A stretch of DNA of 64,000 nt from Phascolarctobacterium sp. GTDB lineage: Bacteria; Bacillota; Negativicutes; Acidaminococcales; Acidaminococcaceae. Made by a program: the position numbers and the translations under genes. Under the pieces are notes generated by a model. It ran no database searches, was not told where the DNA came from, and was given only the letters and a program-made list of their open reading frames with translations. The number at the start of each line of letters is the position of its first letter. The first letter of the stretch is position 1. Shown here in pieces: positions 28,793 through 40,216 of the stretch. The stretch spans positions 89,045 to 153,044 of the forward strand of contig NZ_JAUNOQ010000006.1 in NCBI RefSeq assembly GCF_030531065.1, written 5' to 3'.

Positions 28793-28847
28793 AGTATAGC
28801 ATGACAAAATTTTTTTGTCTATAAATTTATAGATACTTTTATCTATA
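28793..28847 (-). promoter_or_regulatory. TA promoter with palindromic operators
   Basis: Minus-strand TAGACA-17-TATACT; perfect palindrome TCTATAAATTTATAGA (28818-28833) and TATAGATA-N4-TATCTATA (28828-28847). Confidence 0.6.
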
Positions 28848-29129
28848 CTTCGACGCGCGCACGCTCAATATGCCGCGCGGCTTAACGCCGTCTTAATATG
28901 GCGGCTAGACATTTGCCTTAAATTTTAGCGGCGGCGCATTTCGCGTATGCGTAACCCGCTTGCGATGGCAATTTTTGTGCGGCGCTTTTAATTTCTCAGC
29001 GCCGCTGTGGGGCGCTTCTTGTAAATTACTTTACAAAACACCTTGCGCCTTTGCAATTTAAATTTTTTTTGTAAAAAACAGTTGACGCTGTTGGTTGACG
29101 GTAGTAAAATAAGCACAACTTCAAAAAAC

Positions 29130-29425
29130 CACAAACCGTTGAGACGGAGATCAAGTCGGTAGATGCGCTTACAGAGAGTCCGGGGAGCTGAAAGCCGGGT
29201 AGAGATGCAGGCCGATAAATGGACCGTCGAGGGTGCAGTCAAATCGTCGAATTGATTTGTAAAATCATTGGACGAGAGTATTCGGCAACGTAACATCCGC
29301 GTTAAGGGTGAGGGATGTGTTGGCATCCTGCGAAAGAGCGCCGCGTAGCGGCGAAACAAGGTGGTACCGCAGGTATAAGTTTATTATGGCCTGTCCTTGA
29401 GTAAAATCGAGGACGGGTCTTTTTT
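29130..29425 (+). promoter_or_regulatory. T-box riboswitch (Trp specifier) for the trp operon
   Basis: AGAGA and GCTGA stem I boxes, specifier ...AAA-TGG-AC, T-box AAGGTGGTACCGC, terminator GGCCTGTCCT...AGGACGGGTC-TTTTTT. Confidence 0.9.
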
Positions 29426-29444
29426 ATTGGTATGAGGTGTTAAA

Positions 29445-30908
29445 ATGTTGAATTTAACTTTGGAACAGGTTAAGGCATACGCCAAGGAATACAAGGCGGT
29501 CCCCGTGGCGAAGGAATGCCTAGCGGATATGCTGACGCCGCTGGCGTTTTTGGCTAACGTAAGGCGCAGCAGCCGCAATTATTTTTTGCTGGAAAGCATT
29601 GAAGGCGGCGAGCATTGGGCGCGCTATTCCTTCGTGGGCTACGACCCGGTGCTGCGTTTGAAAATTACCGACGGCGACGCGGAAATCATCAGCGGCGCGG
29701 CGGTGAAGTACAAGGAGCGGGACCCGATGAACTGCATCCGCAATATTCTGGCGGAATACAAAGCGCCGCAAATCGACGGCCTGCCCAATTTCACCGGCGG
29801 TCTGGTGGGCGTGTTCGGCTTCGACTTCATGCGCTACTGCGAGCCGGATATGCGCGTGGACAAAGAGCGTAAGGCCGATTTTGCCGACGTGGATTTGATG
29901 CTTTTCGATAAGCTGATAGCCTTCGACCATTTGAAGCAAAAGATTTTTTTAATCGCCAACGTCAAGACGGATAACGTGGAGGTAAATTACGCCAGAGCCG
30001 AGCGCGAGATAGCGGCGATGGAGGAAATGCTCTTGATGCCCGTGCAGCCCTTTAAGCCGACGCGGGCGAAGCTGGGAGCATTTACCAGCAACCAGAGTCG
30101 CGAGCAGTACGAAAAAAACGTACTGGCTTGCAAAGAATATATTCAAAAGGGCGACGCTTTCCAGATTGTCTACGCGCAAAAATTCAGCGCCGCCTACGAC
30201 CAGAGCTTGTTCAGCGCTTACCGCTACCTGCGCACGACCAATCCGTCGCAGTACATGGTTTTCCTGCACAACGACGATGTGGAAATCGCCGGCAGCTCGC
30301 CGGAAACCTTGGTCAAGGTCGTAGGGCGAGAGGTCATCAGCATGCCGATTGCCGGCACGCGCCGTCGCGGCAAAACTGTAGAGGAAGATTTGGCGCTGGA
30401 ACGCGAGCTTTTGGCGGACGCCAAGGAAACGGCGGAGCATAACATGCTGGTGGACCTGGGGCGCAACGACGTGGGCCGCGTTTGCGACTTCGGCACGGTC
30501 AAGGTCAGCGATTACAAAGCGATTAAGCGCTTCAGCCATGTGATGCACATCACGAGCAAGGTGACGGGCAGGCTGAGCGAGGGCAAGGACGCGCTGGACG
30601 CTTTGAAGGCGGTTTTCCCGGCGGGAACCTTGAGCGGCGCGCCGAAAATCCGCGCCTGCGAAATTATCGACGAGCTGGAGCCGGAGCGGCGCGGAGTGTA
30701 CGGCGGCGGCATGGGCTATCTCGATTTTGGCGGCAATATGGATATTTGCATTACGATTCGCACCATGGTCAAGAAAAACGACCGCGTATATATTCAGGCT
30801 GGCGGCGGCATCGTCTTCGACAGCGTGGTGGATAACGAATTTCAGGAAACGGTTAATAAGGCCGGGGCTTGCATGACGGCGCTGCGCCTGACGGCAGAGG
30901 AGGAGTAA
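29445..30908 (+). CDS. trpE: Anthranilate synthase component I
   Basis: FLLES, ARYSF, GSSPETLV, PIAGTRRRG, AEHNMLVDLGRND, GTLSGAPKIRA. Confidence 0.95.
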   Translation: MLNLTLEQVKAYAKEYKAVPVAKECLADMLTPLAFLANVRRSSRNYFLLESIEGGEHWARYSFVGYDPVLRLKITDGDAEIISGAAVKYKERDPMNCIRNILAEYKAPQIDGLPNFTGGLVGVFGFDFMRYCEPDMRVDKERKADFADVDLMLFDKLIAFDHLKQKIFLIANVKTDNVEVNYARAEREIAAMEEMLLMPVQPFKPTRAKLGAFTSNQSREQYEKNVLACKEYIQKGDAFQIVYAQKFSAAYDQSLFSAYRYLRTTNPSQYMVFLHNDDVEIAGSSPETLVKVVGREVISMPIAGTRRRGKTVEEDLALERELLADAKETAEHNMLVDLGRNDVGRVCDFGTVKVSDYKAIKRFSHVMHITSKVTGRLSEGKDALDALKAVFPAGTLSGAPKIRACEIIDELEPERRGVYGGGMGYLDFGGNMDICITIRTMVKKNDRVYIQAGGGIVFDSVVDNEFQETVNKAGACMTALRLTAEEE

Positions 30909-30910
30909 GC

Positions 30911-31477
30911 ATGATTTTGATTATCGATAATTACGACAGCTTTACCCATAATCTGTACCAGCTCATCGGCGAAATCAACCCGGATATCAAGGTCGTGCGC
31001 AATGATAAAATCAGCGTGGAAGAAATCGACGCGCTGCGGCCCAGCCACATTATTATTTCGCCGGGGCCGGGCAACCCGCAGCAGGCGGGGATTTGCCTGG
31101 AGGTCATCAAGCGGTTGAGCGGCAAATATCCCATCCTGGGCGTGTGCCTGGGTCATCAGGCCATCGGCGAGGCGTTCGGCGGCAAGGTGGTGCGCGCGCC
31201 GGAAATCGTCCACGGCAAGAGCGATAAAATTTTCATCATCAAGGAGTCGCCGCTGTTGGCGGGCCTGCCCGACGGCTTCGAGGCGGCGCGCTACCATTCG
31301 CTGATAGTGGAGCCCGAAAGCCTGCCGGATTGTCTGGAGGTTACGGCGCAAACGCAAAAAGGCGAAATCATGGCGCTGCAGCATAAGGAATATCCGGTGT
31401 ACGGCGTGCAGTTCCATCCCGAATCCATCATGACGCCGCAGGGGCGCGTTATTCTACAGAATTTCTTAAATTTATAA
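30911..31477 (+). CDS. trpG: Anthranilate synthase component II (glutamine amidotransferase)
   Basis: IDNYDSFT, SPGPG, GVCLGHQ, RYHSL, GVQFHPESI. Confidence 0.95.
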   Translation: MILIIDNYDSFTHNLYQLIGEINPDIKVVRNDKISVEEIDALRPSHIIISPGPGNPQQAGICLEVIKRLSGKYPILGVCLGHQAIGEAFGGKVVRAPEIVHGKSDKIFIIKESPLLAGLPDGFEAARYHSLIVEPESLPDCLEVTAQTQKGEIMALQHKEYPVYGVQFHPESIMTPQGRVILQNFLNL

Positions 31478-31513
31478 TACAAACTTAAAATTAAAAGTGG
31501 GGAGCGATATATC

Positions 31514-32530
31514 ATGATTAAAGAAGCCATTGTAAAAATTGTCGACAAACAGGATTTGAGTTACCGCGAAGCATACGACGTAATGAACGAGATTATGAGC
31601 GGCGAAACTACGGCGACGCAGAACGCGGCGTTTTTGGCGGCGCTGTCGACCAAGAGCACGACGGCGGAAACCACCGACGAAATTGCCGGCTGCGCGGCCG
31701 CGATGCGCGACCATGCGTTAAAGGTAGAAACGGATATGGATGTTTTTGAAATCGTCGGCACCGGCGGCGACAACGCCAACAGCTTTAATATTTCCACTAC
31801 GTCGGCTTTGGTAGCCGCGGCGGGCGGCATGAAGGTGGCCAAACACGGCAACCGCGCCGCTTCTTCCAAATGCGGCACGGCGGACTGCCTGGAGGCGCTG
31901 GGCGTGAACATTCAGCAGAGCCCGGAAAAATGTATAGAATTATTGAAGGAAGTCGGCATGTGCTTCTTCTTCGCGCAGAAGTACCACACTTCTATGAAAT
32001 ACGTCGGCCCCATCCGCAAGGAGCTGGGCATCCGCACCGTGTTTAATATTTTAGGGCCGCTGACGAACCCTGGCAGTCCCAAACGCCAGCTGTTGGGCGT
32101 GTACGACGAATATCTGGTGCAGCCGTTGGCGCAGGTTTTAATCAGCCTGGGAGTTAAGCGCGGCATGGTGGTTTACGGTCAGGATAAGCTGGACGAAATT
32201 TCTTTGAGCGCTCCGACTACGGTTTGCGAGTTTAAAGACGGCTGGATGAAAAATTATGTGATTACGCCGGAGCAGTTCGGCTTCGAGCGTTGCCGCAGAG
32301 AAGATTTGCGCGGCGGTATGCCGGACGAAAACGCTAAAATTACGCGCGACGTGCTGGGCGGCGAACGCGGACATCGCCGCAACGCCGTACTGTTGAACGC
32401 GGGCGCGGCTCTGTATATCGGCGATAAGGCGGCGACGTTGGAAGACGGCGTCAAGCTGGCGGCGGAGCTTATCGACAGCGGCAAGGCGCTGGCCGCGCTG
32501 GCTAAGATTATCGAATTGAGCAATAAATAA
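31514..32530 (+). CDS. trpD: Anthranilate phosphoribosyltransferase
   Basis: [40 protein letters not shown]. Confidence 0.95.
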   Translation: MIKEAIVKIVDKQDLSYREAYDVMNEIMSGETTATQNAAFLAALSTKSTTAETTDEIAGCAAAMRDHALKVETDMDVFEIVGTGGDNANSFNISTTSALVAAAGGMKVAKHGNRAASSKCGTADCLEALGVNIQQSPEKCIELLKEVGMCFFFAQKYHTSMKYVGPIRKELGIRTVFNILGPLTNPGSPKRQLLGVYDEYLVQPLAQVLISLGVKRGMVVYGQDKLDEISLSAPTTVCEFKDGWMKNYVITPEQFGFERCRREDLRGGMPDENAKITRDVLGGERGHRRNAVLLNAGAALYIGDKAATLEDGVKLAAELIDSGKALAALAKIIELSNK

Positions 32531-32541
32531 GCGGTGACGAT

Positions 32542-33324
32542 ATGACGATACTGGACGAAATTGCAGAATACGCCCGCGTGCGCGTAGCGCGTTTGAAAGA
32601 GCAAAAAAGCTTGTACGCCGTGCGCGACGAAGCCGAAGGCAGACCGGCGGGCAAGGATTTTAAAGCGGCGCTGGCTGCGCCCGGCCTCAGCGTCATCGCC
32701 GAGCTGAAAAAAGCGTCGCCGTCCAAGGGCTTAATCGCCCCGGACTTTGAGAGCCGTTACCTGGCGCAGGCGCAGCTTTACGAGGAAGGCGGCGCGGCGG
32801 CGATTTCCTGCCTGACGGAGCCGCGCTATTTCTTGGGCAGCGACGCATATTTGACGCAGGTGCGGCAAAGAGTTAGCTTGCCTATTCTGCGCAAGGACTT
32901 CACCGTGGACGAATACCAGATATATGAAGCGAAAAATATCGGCGCGGACGCGGTGCTCTTGATTTGTTCGCTGCTAAGCGAAAGCCAGCTGGCGGAATAT
33001 TTATGCCAGGCGCAAGAACTTAAAATGGCGGCGCTCGTGGAAGCGCACACTGTGGAAGAGACCGGCGCGGCGCTGGCGGCGGGCGCGGAAATTATCGGCG
33101 TCAACAACCGCAATTTGAAAGATTTCAGCGTGAACCCGTTGAACAGTCTGCGCTTGCGCGATAAAATCCCGCAGGATAAAATTTTTGTCGCCGAAAGCGG
33201 CGTGACCTGCGCAAGCGACGCGGCGGCGCTCAAAGCGGCGGGCGCGCAGGCGGTGTTGGTTGGCGAAGCGTTGATGCGGGCGGCGGACCCGGCGGCGCTG
33301 ATTAAGGAGCTGCGCGGTGAGTAA
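32542..33324 (+). CDS. trpC: Indole-3-glycerol phosphate synthase
   Basis: IAELKKASPSKG, SCLTEP.YF.GS, LRKDF, GVNNRNL, VAESG. Confidence 0.95.
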   Translation: MTILDEIAEYARVRVARLKEQKSLYAVRDEAEGRPAGKDFKAALAAPGLSVIAELKKASPSKGLIAPDFESRYLAQAQLYEEGGAAAISCLTEPRYFLGSDAYLTQVRQRVSLPILRKDFTVDEYQIYEAKNIGADAVLLICSLLSESQLAEYLCQAQELKMAALVEAHTVEETGAALAAGAEIIGVNNRNLKDFSVNPLNSLRLRDKIPQDKIFVAESGVTCASDAAALKAAGAQAVLVGEALMRAADPAALIKELRGE

Positions 33325-33946
33325 AATTAAAATAAAAATTTGCGGCCTGAGCCGCAGGGAAGATATTGAATGCGTCAACAGCCTGCTGCCGGAATTTATC
33401 GGCTTCAACTTTTATCCGCCAAGCAAGCGTTACGTAACGGCGCGGCAGGCGGCGGAGCTGAAAAAAATTTTATCGCCGCAGATTAAAGCCGTGGGCGTTT
33501 TCGTCAATGCGGAAATGGATTTTATTTTATCGCTGGCGGCTGCCGGAGTTATCAATATGATTCAGCTGCACGGCGACGAGGACGCGGACTACTGCCGCAA
33601 ACTAAAAAGTAGGACGCGCTTGCCTTTGCTGAAAGCGGTGCGCGTCCGCGATGAAGAATCACTGCGCGGTTTGGAAAATTATCCCGTCGATTATTTTCTC
33701 TTCGACGCTTATGCGCAGGGGCAGTACGGCGGCACGGGGCGGCGTCTGGCGGTGCGGCTGAAAAATAAAAAAATCGCCCGGCCCTATTTCGTAGCGGGCG
33801 GGCTGGACGCGAACAATGTTTTGGAAATATTAAGCGAGGCCGACGCTTTCGCCGCCGACGTGTGCGGCGGCGTGGAAACGGACGGCGTGAAGGACCCGCA
33901 GAAAATCGCGGCGTTTATAGAAAAGATAAGGGGAGATTACAAATGA
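33317..33946 (+). CDS. trpF: Phosphoribosylanthranilate isomerase
   Basis: [42 protein letters not shown]. Confidence 0.93.
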   Translation: MSKIKIKICGLSRREDIECVNSLLPEFIGFNFYPPSKRYVTARQAAELKKILSPQIKAVGVFVNAEMDFILSLAAAGVINMIQLHGDEDADYCRKLKSRTRLPLLKAVRVRDEESLRGLENYPVDYFLFDAYAQGQYGGTGRRLAVRLKNKKIARPYFVAGGLDANNVLEILSEADAFAADVCGGVETDGVKDPQKIAAFIEKIRGDYK

Positions 33947-35127
33947 CCAAAGGAAGATACGGTATCCACGGCGGGCAGTACATGCCGGAAACCTTGATGA
34001 ACGCGGTTTTGGAACTCGAAGCCGCGTATGAAAAATATAAAAACGACCCGGAGTTTAAAGCCGAGCTGGCGCGTTTGTACCGGGAGTACGCCAACAGGCC
34101 CTCGCTTTTATATTACGCGGAAAAAATGACGCAGGATCTGGGCGGCGCTAAAATCTACCTCAAGCGCGAGGATTTGAACCACACCGGCGCGCATAAAATC
34201 AATAACGTACTGGGGCAGATCTTACTGGCGCAGAAGATGGGCAAAAAGCGCGTCATCGCCGAAACGGGCGCGGGGCAGCACGGCGTGGCGACCGCGACCG
34301 CCGCGGCGCTGATGAACATGGAATGCGTCGTTTATATGGGCAAGGAGGATTGCGAGCGGCAAAAGCTCAACGTGTTCCGCATGGAGCTTTTGGGAGCGAA
34401 GGTTGTGCCCGTCGCCAGCGGCACCGGCACGCTGAAGGACGCGGTAAACGAAGCGCTGCGCGTATGGACGGAGCGCGTGGAGGATACCTATTATGTGCTG
34501 GGCAGCGTTATGGGGCCGCATCCGTATCCTGAAATCGTGCGCGACTTCCAAAAAATTATCGGCGAGGAAATCCGCGCGCAGATGCTGGAAAAAGAGGGAC
34601 GCCTGCCGGACGTTTTAATCGCCTGCGTGGGCGGCGGCTCGAACGCCATCGGTATGTTCTACGACTTTATTAAGAAAGAAAACGTGCGCTTAATCGGCGT
34701 CGAGGCCGCAGGGCTGGGCGTGGATAACCCGAAGAACGCCGCGACTATCGCCAACGGCACGCTGGGAATTTTCCACGGCATGAAATCTTATTTCCTGCAG
34801 GATAAATACGGTCAGATTGCGCCGGTTTATTCTATTTCCGCAGGCCTGGATTATCCCGGCATCGGGCCGGAGCACGCTTATCTGCACGACATCGGCCGCG
34901 CCGAATATGTTGCGGCTACGGACAGGGAAGCGGTGGACGCTTTCAGTTACCTGTCGAAAATGGAAGGCATCATTCCGGCTATCGAAAGCGCGCACGCTTT
35001 GGCTTACGCTATGAAGCTGGCGCCGACGCTGCCCAAGGATAAAATTATCGTGGTCAATATTTCCGGCCGCGGCGACAAGGACGTTGCCGCTATCGCGCGT
35101 TACATGGGGGTTGATTTATATGAATAG
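33943..35127 (+). CDS. trpB: Tryptophan synthase beta chain
   Basis: [50 protein letters not shown]. Confidence 0.96.
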   Translation: MTKGRYGIHGGQYMPETLMNAVLELEAAYEKYKNDPEFKAELARLYREYANRPSLLYYAEKMTQDLGGAKIYLKREDLNHTGAHKINNVLGQILLAQKMGKKRVIAETGAGQHGVATATAAALMNMECVVYMGKEDCERQKLNVFRMELLGAKVVPVASGTGTLKDAVNEALRVWTERVEDTYYVLGSVMGPHPYPEIVRDFQKIIGEEIRAQMLEKEGRLPDVLIACVGGGSNAIGMFYDFIKKENVRLIGVEAAGLGVDNPKNAATIANGTLGIFHGMKSYFLQDKYGQIAPVYSISAGLDYPGIGPEHAYLHDIGRAEYVAATDREAVDAFSYLSKMEGIIPAIESAHALAYAMKLAPTLPKDKIIVVNISGRGDKDVAAIARYMGVDLYE

Positions 35128-35908
35128 AATTGCGAAAGCGTTTGCGGAAAAGAAAAAATTATTTATCGGTTTCATTACGGCGGGCGATCCCGATTTAGCG
35201 ACGACGAAGGAGCTGGTGCTGGCGATGGTTAAGGCCGGCGTCGGCATCGTGGAATTTGGCATTCCCTTTTCCGACCCCGTGGCGGAGGGCGAAGTGATTC
35301 AGCGCGCCGACCTGCGGGCCTTGGCTGCGGGTACGACTACGGATAAAATTTTCGATTTAGTAGCGGAGCTGCGCCGCGAAACTCAGGTGCCGCTGGTGTT
35401 TTTGACTTACGCAAATCCGATTTACGCTTACGGCGCGGAGCGTTTCTTTACCCGCTGCGAAGAAACGGGCGTGGACGGCGTTATCGTTCCCGATATTCCC
35501 TACGAGGAGCGCGAGGAAATGCGCCCCTACAGCGAACCGCATCAGGTGGCGCTCGTGCCTTTGATTGCGCCCACGTCTAAGGACCGCATTCAAAAAATCG
35601 CGAAAATCGCGCAGGGCTATGTATATATCGTTTCCTCCTTGGGCGTTACCGGCGTGCGCAATCAGATTACCACGGATATCGGCGCTATCGTGGAGGAAGT
35701 ACGCAAGGCTACGTCCACTCCCGTGGCCGTGGGCTTCGGCATCGCGACGCCGGAGCAGGCCAACGCTATGGCGAAGGTGAGCGACGGCGCTATCGTGGGC
35801 AGCGCTATCGTTAAATTAGTAGAAAAATACGGCAAGGACGCGCCGCATTACGTTTACGATTACGTCAAATCCATGGTCGAGGCTGTGGAACGCGCGGCGC
35901 AGAAATAA
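35120..35908 (+). CDS. trpA: Tryptophan synthase alpha chain
   Basis: [42 protein letters not shown]. Confidence 0.95.
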   Translation: MNRIAKAFAEKKKLFIGFITAGDPDLATTKELVLAMVKAGVGIVEFGIPFSDPVAEGEVIQRADLRALAAGTTTDKIFDLVAELRRETQVPLVFLTYANPIYAYGAERFFTRCEETGVDGVIVPDIPYEEREEMRPYSEPHQVALVPLIAPTSKDRIQKIAKIAQGYVYIVSSLGVTGVRNQITTDIGAIVEEVRKATSTPVAVGFGIATPEQANAMAKVSDGAIVGSAIVKLVEKYGKDAPHYVYDYVKSMVEAVERAAQK

Positions 35909-36079
35909 AAAAATATCGACGCAGGCTTCCCTGAAGCTTCTGCTGTGCAGAGCTTGGGGGAGCTTTGTTTTTGTGCGTAAATAGCTGCATTTTCCCTGCG
36001 GCGTTTTGCTTGCGGCGGCTGTGGTTGTGGGTTATAATTAATAATAAACATATATACGAAATTAACGAGGTGCGCCGCT

Positions 36080-37240
36080 ATGAAGCTGATGCATTTATCC
36101 GACTTGCATTTAGGGAAGAAGCTTAATGAGTTTTCGCTTTTGGAGGATCAAAAGTATATTTTACGGCAGCTGCTGGCTATGGTTGCTGCCGAACGGCCGG
36201 ACGCCGTGCTGCTGGCCGGGGATATTTACGATAAGGGCGTGCCGCCCGCGGAGGCGGTGCAGCTGTGCGACGATTTTTTGACGGAGCTGGCGGCTTTGGA
36301 AATGCCAGTTTGCGTCATCAGCGGCAATCACGATTCGGCGGAGCGCCTGGCCTTTGGCGCGCGGCTGATGCAGAGCAGCGGCGTGCATGTGGCCGCCTGC
36401 TATACGGGGCAGGAGCAGAAGCTGAGCTTGCAGGACGCTTTCGGTACGGTCAATATTTATCTGCTGCCCTTTTTAAAGCCCGCCGTCGTAAGGCATTGCC
36501 TGGACGAGCAGGAGGCGGAGCAGATTAGCAGCTACCATGAGGCGGTGCAGGCGGCGGTAGAGCGTTTGCAGGTGGACGCTTCCCAGCGCAATGTGCTGGC
36601 GGCCCACCAGTTCGTTACGGGAGCGCAGACTGCGGGCAGCGAATCCGTCAGCGTAGGCGGCCTGGATAATGTGGGAGCGGAGGTCTTTGCTGTTTTTGAT
36701 TACGTGGCCTTGGGGCACATTCATAATGCGCAGAATGTGGGCGGAAAAAATATTCGCTACTGCGGTACGCCGCTGAAATATTCCTTTGCGGAATGGCAGC
36801 AGCAAAAGTCTGCGACCATAGTTGAACTGGGGGCGAAGGGCGACGTGCAGATACGCGAGCTGCCGTTAAAGCCCTGGCGCGAGCTGCGGAAAATCAGGGG
36901 AAGCTACGATGAAATTATGCGGCGCAGCTTTTATGAAAATTTTCCTGCGGACAGCGACGGGCGTTTGCTGGATTTTTACCATATTACGCTGACGGACGAG
37001 GAGGATGTGCTGGACGCGGCGCTGAAGCTGCGTTCCGTTTATAAAAATCTTTTGCAGCTGGGCTATGATAATAAGCGCACGCAGCAGAGCGGCGAGGTGG
37101 AGGCGGACGCAGCGGCGGAACAGAAAAGCAGCCTGGAGCTTATCGAAGAATTTTACGCTTTGCAGAATAATCAGGAGCTGGGGCAGGAGCAGCGCCGGTT
37201 TGTAACAGAGCTGCTGCAGCGATTGGAGGGAGAAGCATGA
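36080..37240 (+). CDS. sbcD: Exonuclease SbcCD subunit D
   Basis: HLSDLHLG, AGDIYD, SGNHDS, ALGHIH, YCGTPLKYSF.E. Confidence 0.93.
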   Translation: MKLMHLSDLHLGKKLNEFSLLEDQKYILRQLLAMVAAERPDAVLLAGDIYDKGVPPAEAVQLCDDFLTELAALEMPVCVISGNHDSAERLAFGARLMQSSGVHVAACYTGQEQKLSLQDAFGTVNIYLLPFLKPAVVRHCLDEQEAEQISSYHEAVQAAVERLQVDASQRNVLAAHQFVTGAQTAGSESVSVGGLDNVGAEVFAVFDYVALGHIHNAQNVGGKNIRYCGTPLKYSFAEWQQQKSATIVELGAKGDVQIRELPLKPWRELRKIRGSYDEIMRRSFYENFPADSDGRLLDFYHITLTDEEDVLDAALKLRSVYKNLLQLGYDNKRTQQSGEVEADAAAEQKSSLELIEEFYALQNNQELGQEQRRFVTELLQRLEGEA

Positions 37241-40113
37241 AACCTGTGAAATTGGTCGTCAGCGCCTTTGGCCCCTATGCGGGACGCACGGAAATAGATT
37301 TCAGCAGGCTGGGGGAGCAGGGCCTGTATTTGATTACCGGCGATACCGGAGCGGGCAAGACCATGCTGTTTGACGCGTTGACCTTCGCTCTTTACGGCGC
37401 GGCCAGCGGCGGCCTGCGGGAGGCCAAAAGCCTGCGCAGCCAGTATGCGGACAGGGACACGCCAACTTTTGTGGAGCTGACCTTCAGCTATAACGGGCAG
37501 CTGTATGTGGTGCGGCGCAATCCGGAATACGAACGGCCTGCCAAACGCGGCGGGGGCGTGACGACGGAAAAAGCGGGCGCAGAGCTGCGTTATCCCGACG
37601 GGCGGCGGCCGGTGACGCGGGTTAACGACGTGACGGCGGCAGTGACGGAGCTTTTGGGACTGAGCTACGAGCAGTTCGTGCAGATTGCCATGATTGCTCA
37701 GGGGCAGTTCCGCAAGCTTTTGGAAACGGCGACGGACGAGCGCAGCAAAATTTTCCGGCAGCTTTTTCATACGCTGTTTTATAAGCGGGTGCAGGAGGAA
37801 ATCAATCGCGCTGCCCTGGATAAGGGCAAGGAATATAAGGAGCTGCAGCGCAGCGCGGCGCAGGCGCTGAACGGTATCCGCTGCGGCGCGGCAAACGCGG
37901 CGGCGCAGGCGCAGCTGGAGCTGTGGCGCGCAAGCGGCTTTAACGGCTGTATGGACCAGGCGCTGACGCTTTTGGAAGCAATCATTGCTCAGGACATGAG
38001 CTTGCAGGAGAATGTATCGCGCAGCTTGCAGCAAACGGAGCAAGAGCTGCAAAAGGTGCGGCAGGCGCAGGACGCTGCGGCTCATTACGCCGCCGTGCAA
38101 AGGGCTTGCAGCGAAGCGGAGCAGGCGGCGGCTGCGCTGGAACCGCAGGCGCAGGAAGCGGCGCAGCAGGCTGAGCAGGCGCAGCGGGAGCTGGCGCTTT
38201 TAGCGGACGCCGAGGTTGCGGCAGAGCAGGCCAAGGGTCTGCGGCAGAATAAACAGCAGGAATACGACGCGGTGCTGGACGGGCGCAGGCAGCTGGACGC
38301 AGGCCTGCGGCAGACGGCGGAGCTGGAGGCCATCGTGCAGAAGGACGCTGTGCGTTTGGCAGCAATGCAGCGCCGTTTGGAGGAGCAGCAGAAGGAGACG
38401 GAGCAATTTCAGCAGGCGGAGGTGCAGCTGGCGCGTTTGGAGGCAGAACGTGCGCAGCTGGACGGTAGGCGTAAGGAATTTGCCAATTTGCAGAATCTGC
38501 TTCAGGATTATGAGGACAGCCGGAAAAATTTGGCGCAGCTGCGGCAAAAATATGTTGCCCAAAAGCAGACTGCTATGCGGCTGAGCGATAATTACACGCA
38601 GCTTTACAGCTTGTTTTGGGGAGCGCAGGCCGGTTTGCTGGCCAAAAATCTGACGGCAGGCAGCCCCTGCCCGGTGTGCGGCGCGACGGAGCATCCCCGA
38701 CCGGCGCAGTTGGCGGCGGAGGTGCCATCCGACGAACAGGTGCAGCAGGCCGAGCGGCAGCGCAACGAGGGCCACGCTGCTTTGCGCAGCCTTGCCGACC
38801 AAGGGAAAAATCAAAGCTTGTTATGCGAGAAGGCTTTAGCGGCCGCAGCAAGCAAGGGCGTGGAGCTTTTGAACTGCCGCGAGCCAGAGCAGCTGGCGGT
38901 TCAGGCGGACGCGGAAATGCGGAAAATTTTACAACAGCAGGCGACTTTGCAGGACAAGCTTGCCACTTTGCAGCAGCTTTTGCAGCGGCAGGAAAGGCAG
39001 AAGGCTGAGCTTCTGCGGAATCAGCAGGATTTGGAAGGCCAGCGGCGGCAGGCCGAGGAACGCAAAGGCTTGCTGGATAAGGCGCAGGGGCAGATTGCGG
39101 AACGCCGTGCGCAGCTGCAAATTTTAATAAGCAAGCGCGTGCCGCAAAATTTGACGCAGGCTCCGCTTAGCGAGCAGGCGGAAGCCGTGCAGCGGCTGCT
39201 GCTGGAGAAATTAGAAAAGGCCAAAGCGACCGAGAGAGCAGCCGCCGAAAAGGTTCAAGCCAAGAGCAGGCAGACGGAGGCCTTGGCCGCCGCGCAGCAG
39301 GCTCAAGCAGAAAAGGAGCGGCAGCTTTTGGAGCAGCAGGGACGGGCCCAATCCTTGGCCGAGCAGCTGGCGGCGCTGCCAGCTCCCGCCGAGGACGGGC
39401 TGCTGGCAGAGCAGGAACAGAAGCTGCAGCAGGAAAAGGCGGCGCTGCAGGACAGCTTTAACGAGCTGTACGCCGCGCTGGATAAAAACCGCGGCATTGC
39501 CGACGAGGCGCAGCGCTACCGGAGCGAGCTGCGCAGCTGCGAGCGGCAGTATCAATGGCTGAGCAATCTGGCTGCTACGGTCAACGGCACTTTGACGGGC
39601 AAGCAGAAGGTGGATTTGGAAACTTATATCCAGATGACCTATTTTGATCGCATTATCCGCAAGGCCAATCTGCGGCTGCTGAGCATGACTAAGGGTCAGT
39701 ACCAGCTGGCGCGGGAGGCGGTGGCCGACGCCGACAACAAACGCAGCAAGACGGGCCTGGAGCTTTGCGTGCAGGACCATTACAGCGGCAAAACCCGCAG
39801 CGTAAAAACTTTGTCCGGCGGAGAATCCTTTATGGCTTCCCTAGCGTTGGCCTTGGGATTGGCGGACGAGGTGCAGTCCAGCGCCGGCAGTATTCAGCTG
39901 GACGCAATGTTTGTGGACGAAGGCTTCGGTTCGCTGGACGGCGACGCTTTGCAGCAGGCCATCAGCGTGTTGCAGGGACTCAGCGAGGGGCGGCGGCTGG
40001 TAGGCATCATTTCCCACGTGCAGGAGCTGCAGGAGATGATCGACCGCAAGCTGATTGTCGCTAAAAGCCGCGGCGCTCAGGGAACGGGCAGCACGGTGCA
40101 GATTGTAGTGTAA
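37237..40113 (+). CDS. sbcC: Exonuclease SbcCD subunit C (SMC-like ATPase)
   Basis: GDTGAGKT, coiled coils, CPVCG zinc hook, LSGGESF signature, FVDEGFGSLD, ISHV. Confidence 0.93.
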   Translation: MKPVKLVVSAFGPYAGRTEIDFSRLGEQGLYLITGDTGAGKTMLFDALTFALYGAASGGLREAKSLRSQYADRDTPTFVELTFSYNGQLYVVRRNPEYERPAKRGGGVTTEKAGAELRYPDGRRPVTRVNDVTAAVTELLGLSYEQFVQIAMIAQGQFRKLLETATDERSKIFRQLFHTLFYKRVQEEINRAALDKGKEYKELQRSAAQALNGIRCGAANAAAQAQLELWRASGFNGCMDQALTLLEAIIAQDMSLQENVSRSLQQTEQELQKVRQAQDAAAHYAAVQRACSEAEQAAAALEPQAQEAAQQAEQAQRELALLADAEVAAEQAKGLRQNKQQEYDAVLDGRRQLDAGLRQTAELEAIVQKDAVRLAAMQRRLEEQQKETEQFQQAEVQLARLEAERAQLDGRRKEFANLQNLLQDYEDSRKNLAQLRQKYVAQKQTAMRLSDNYTQLYSLFWGAQAGLLAKNLTAGSPCPVCGATEHPRPAQLAAEVPSDEQVQQAERQRNEGHAALRSLADQGKNQSLLCEKALAAAASKGVELLNCREPEQLAVQADAEMRKILQQQATLQDKLATLQQLLQRQERQKAELLRNQQDLEGQRRQAEERKGLLDKAQGQIAERRAQLQILISKRVPQNLTQAPLSEQAEAVQRLLLEKLEKAKATERAAAEKVQAKSRQTEALAAAQQAQAEKERQLLEQQGRAQSLAEQLAALPAPAEDGLLAEQEQKLQQEKAALQDSFNELYAALDKNRGIADEAQRYRSELRSCERQYQWLSNLAATVNGTLTGKQKVDLETYIQMTYFDRIIRKANLRLLSMTKGQYQLAREAVADADNKRSKTGLELCVQDHYSGKTRSVKTLSGGESFMASLALALGLADEVQSSAGSIQLDAMFVDEGFGSLDGDALQQAISVLQGLSEGRRLVGIISHVQELQEMIDRKLIVAKSRGAQGTGSTVQIVV

Positions 40114-40216
40114 TATATTGAACAGGAACAGGAATTTTTCTTTACCGGGCGGGCAGCTTGTGATAGAATTATTTTTATAAATTTCATCGCGCAACGTGAT
40201 AAGCGGAGGGGTTATA

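Noticed and set aside
28850-29060. GC-rich non-coding stretch between the RelE TA and the trp T-box
   Set aside because: No convincing ORF, repeat or stable conserved structure could be identified by eye.
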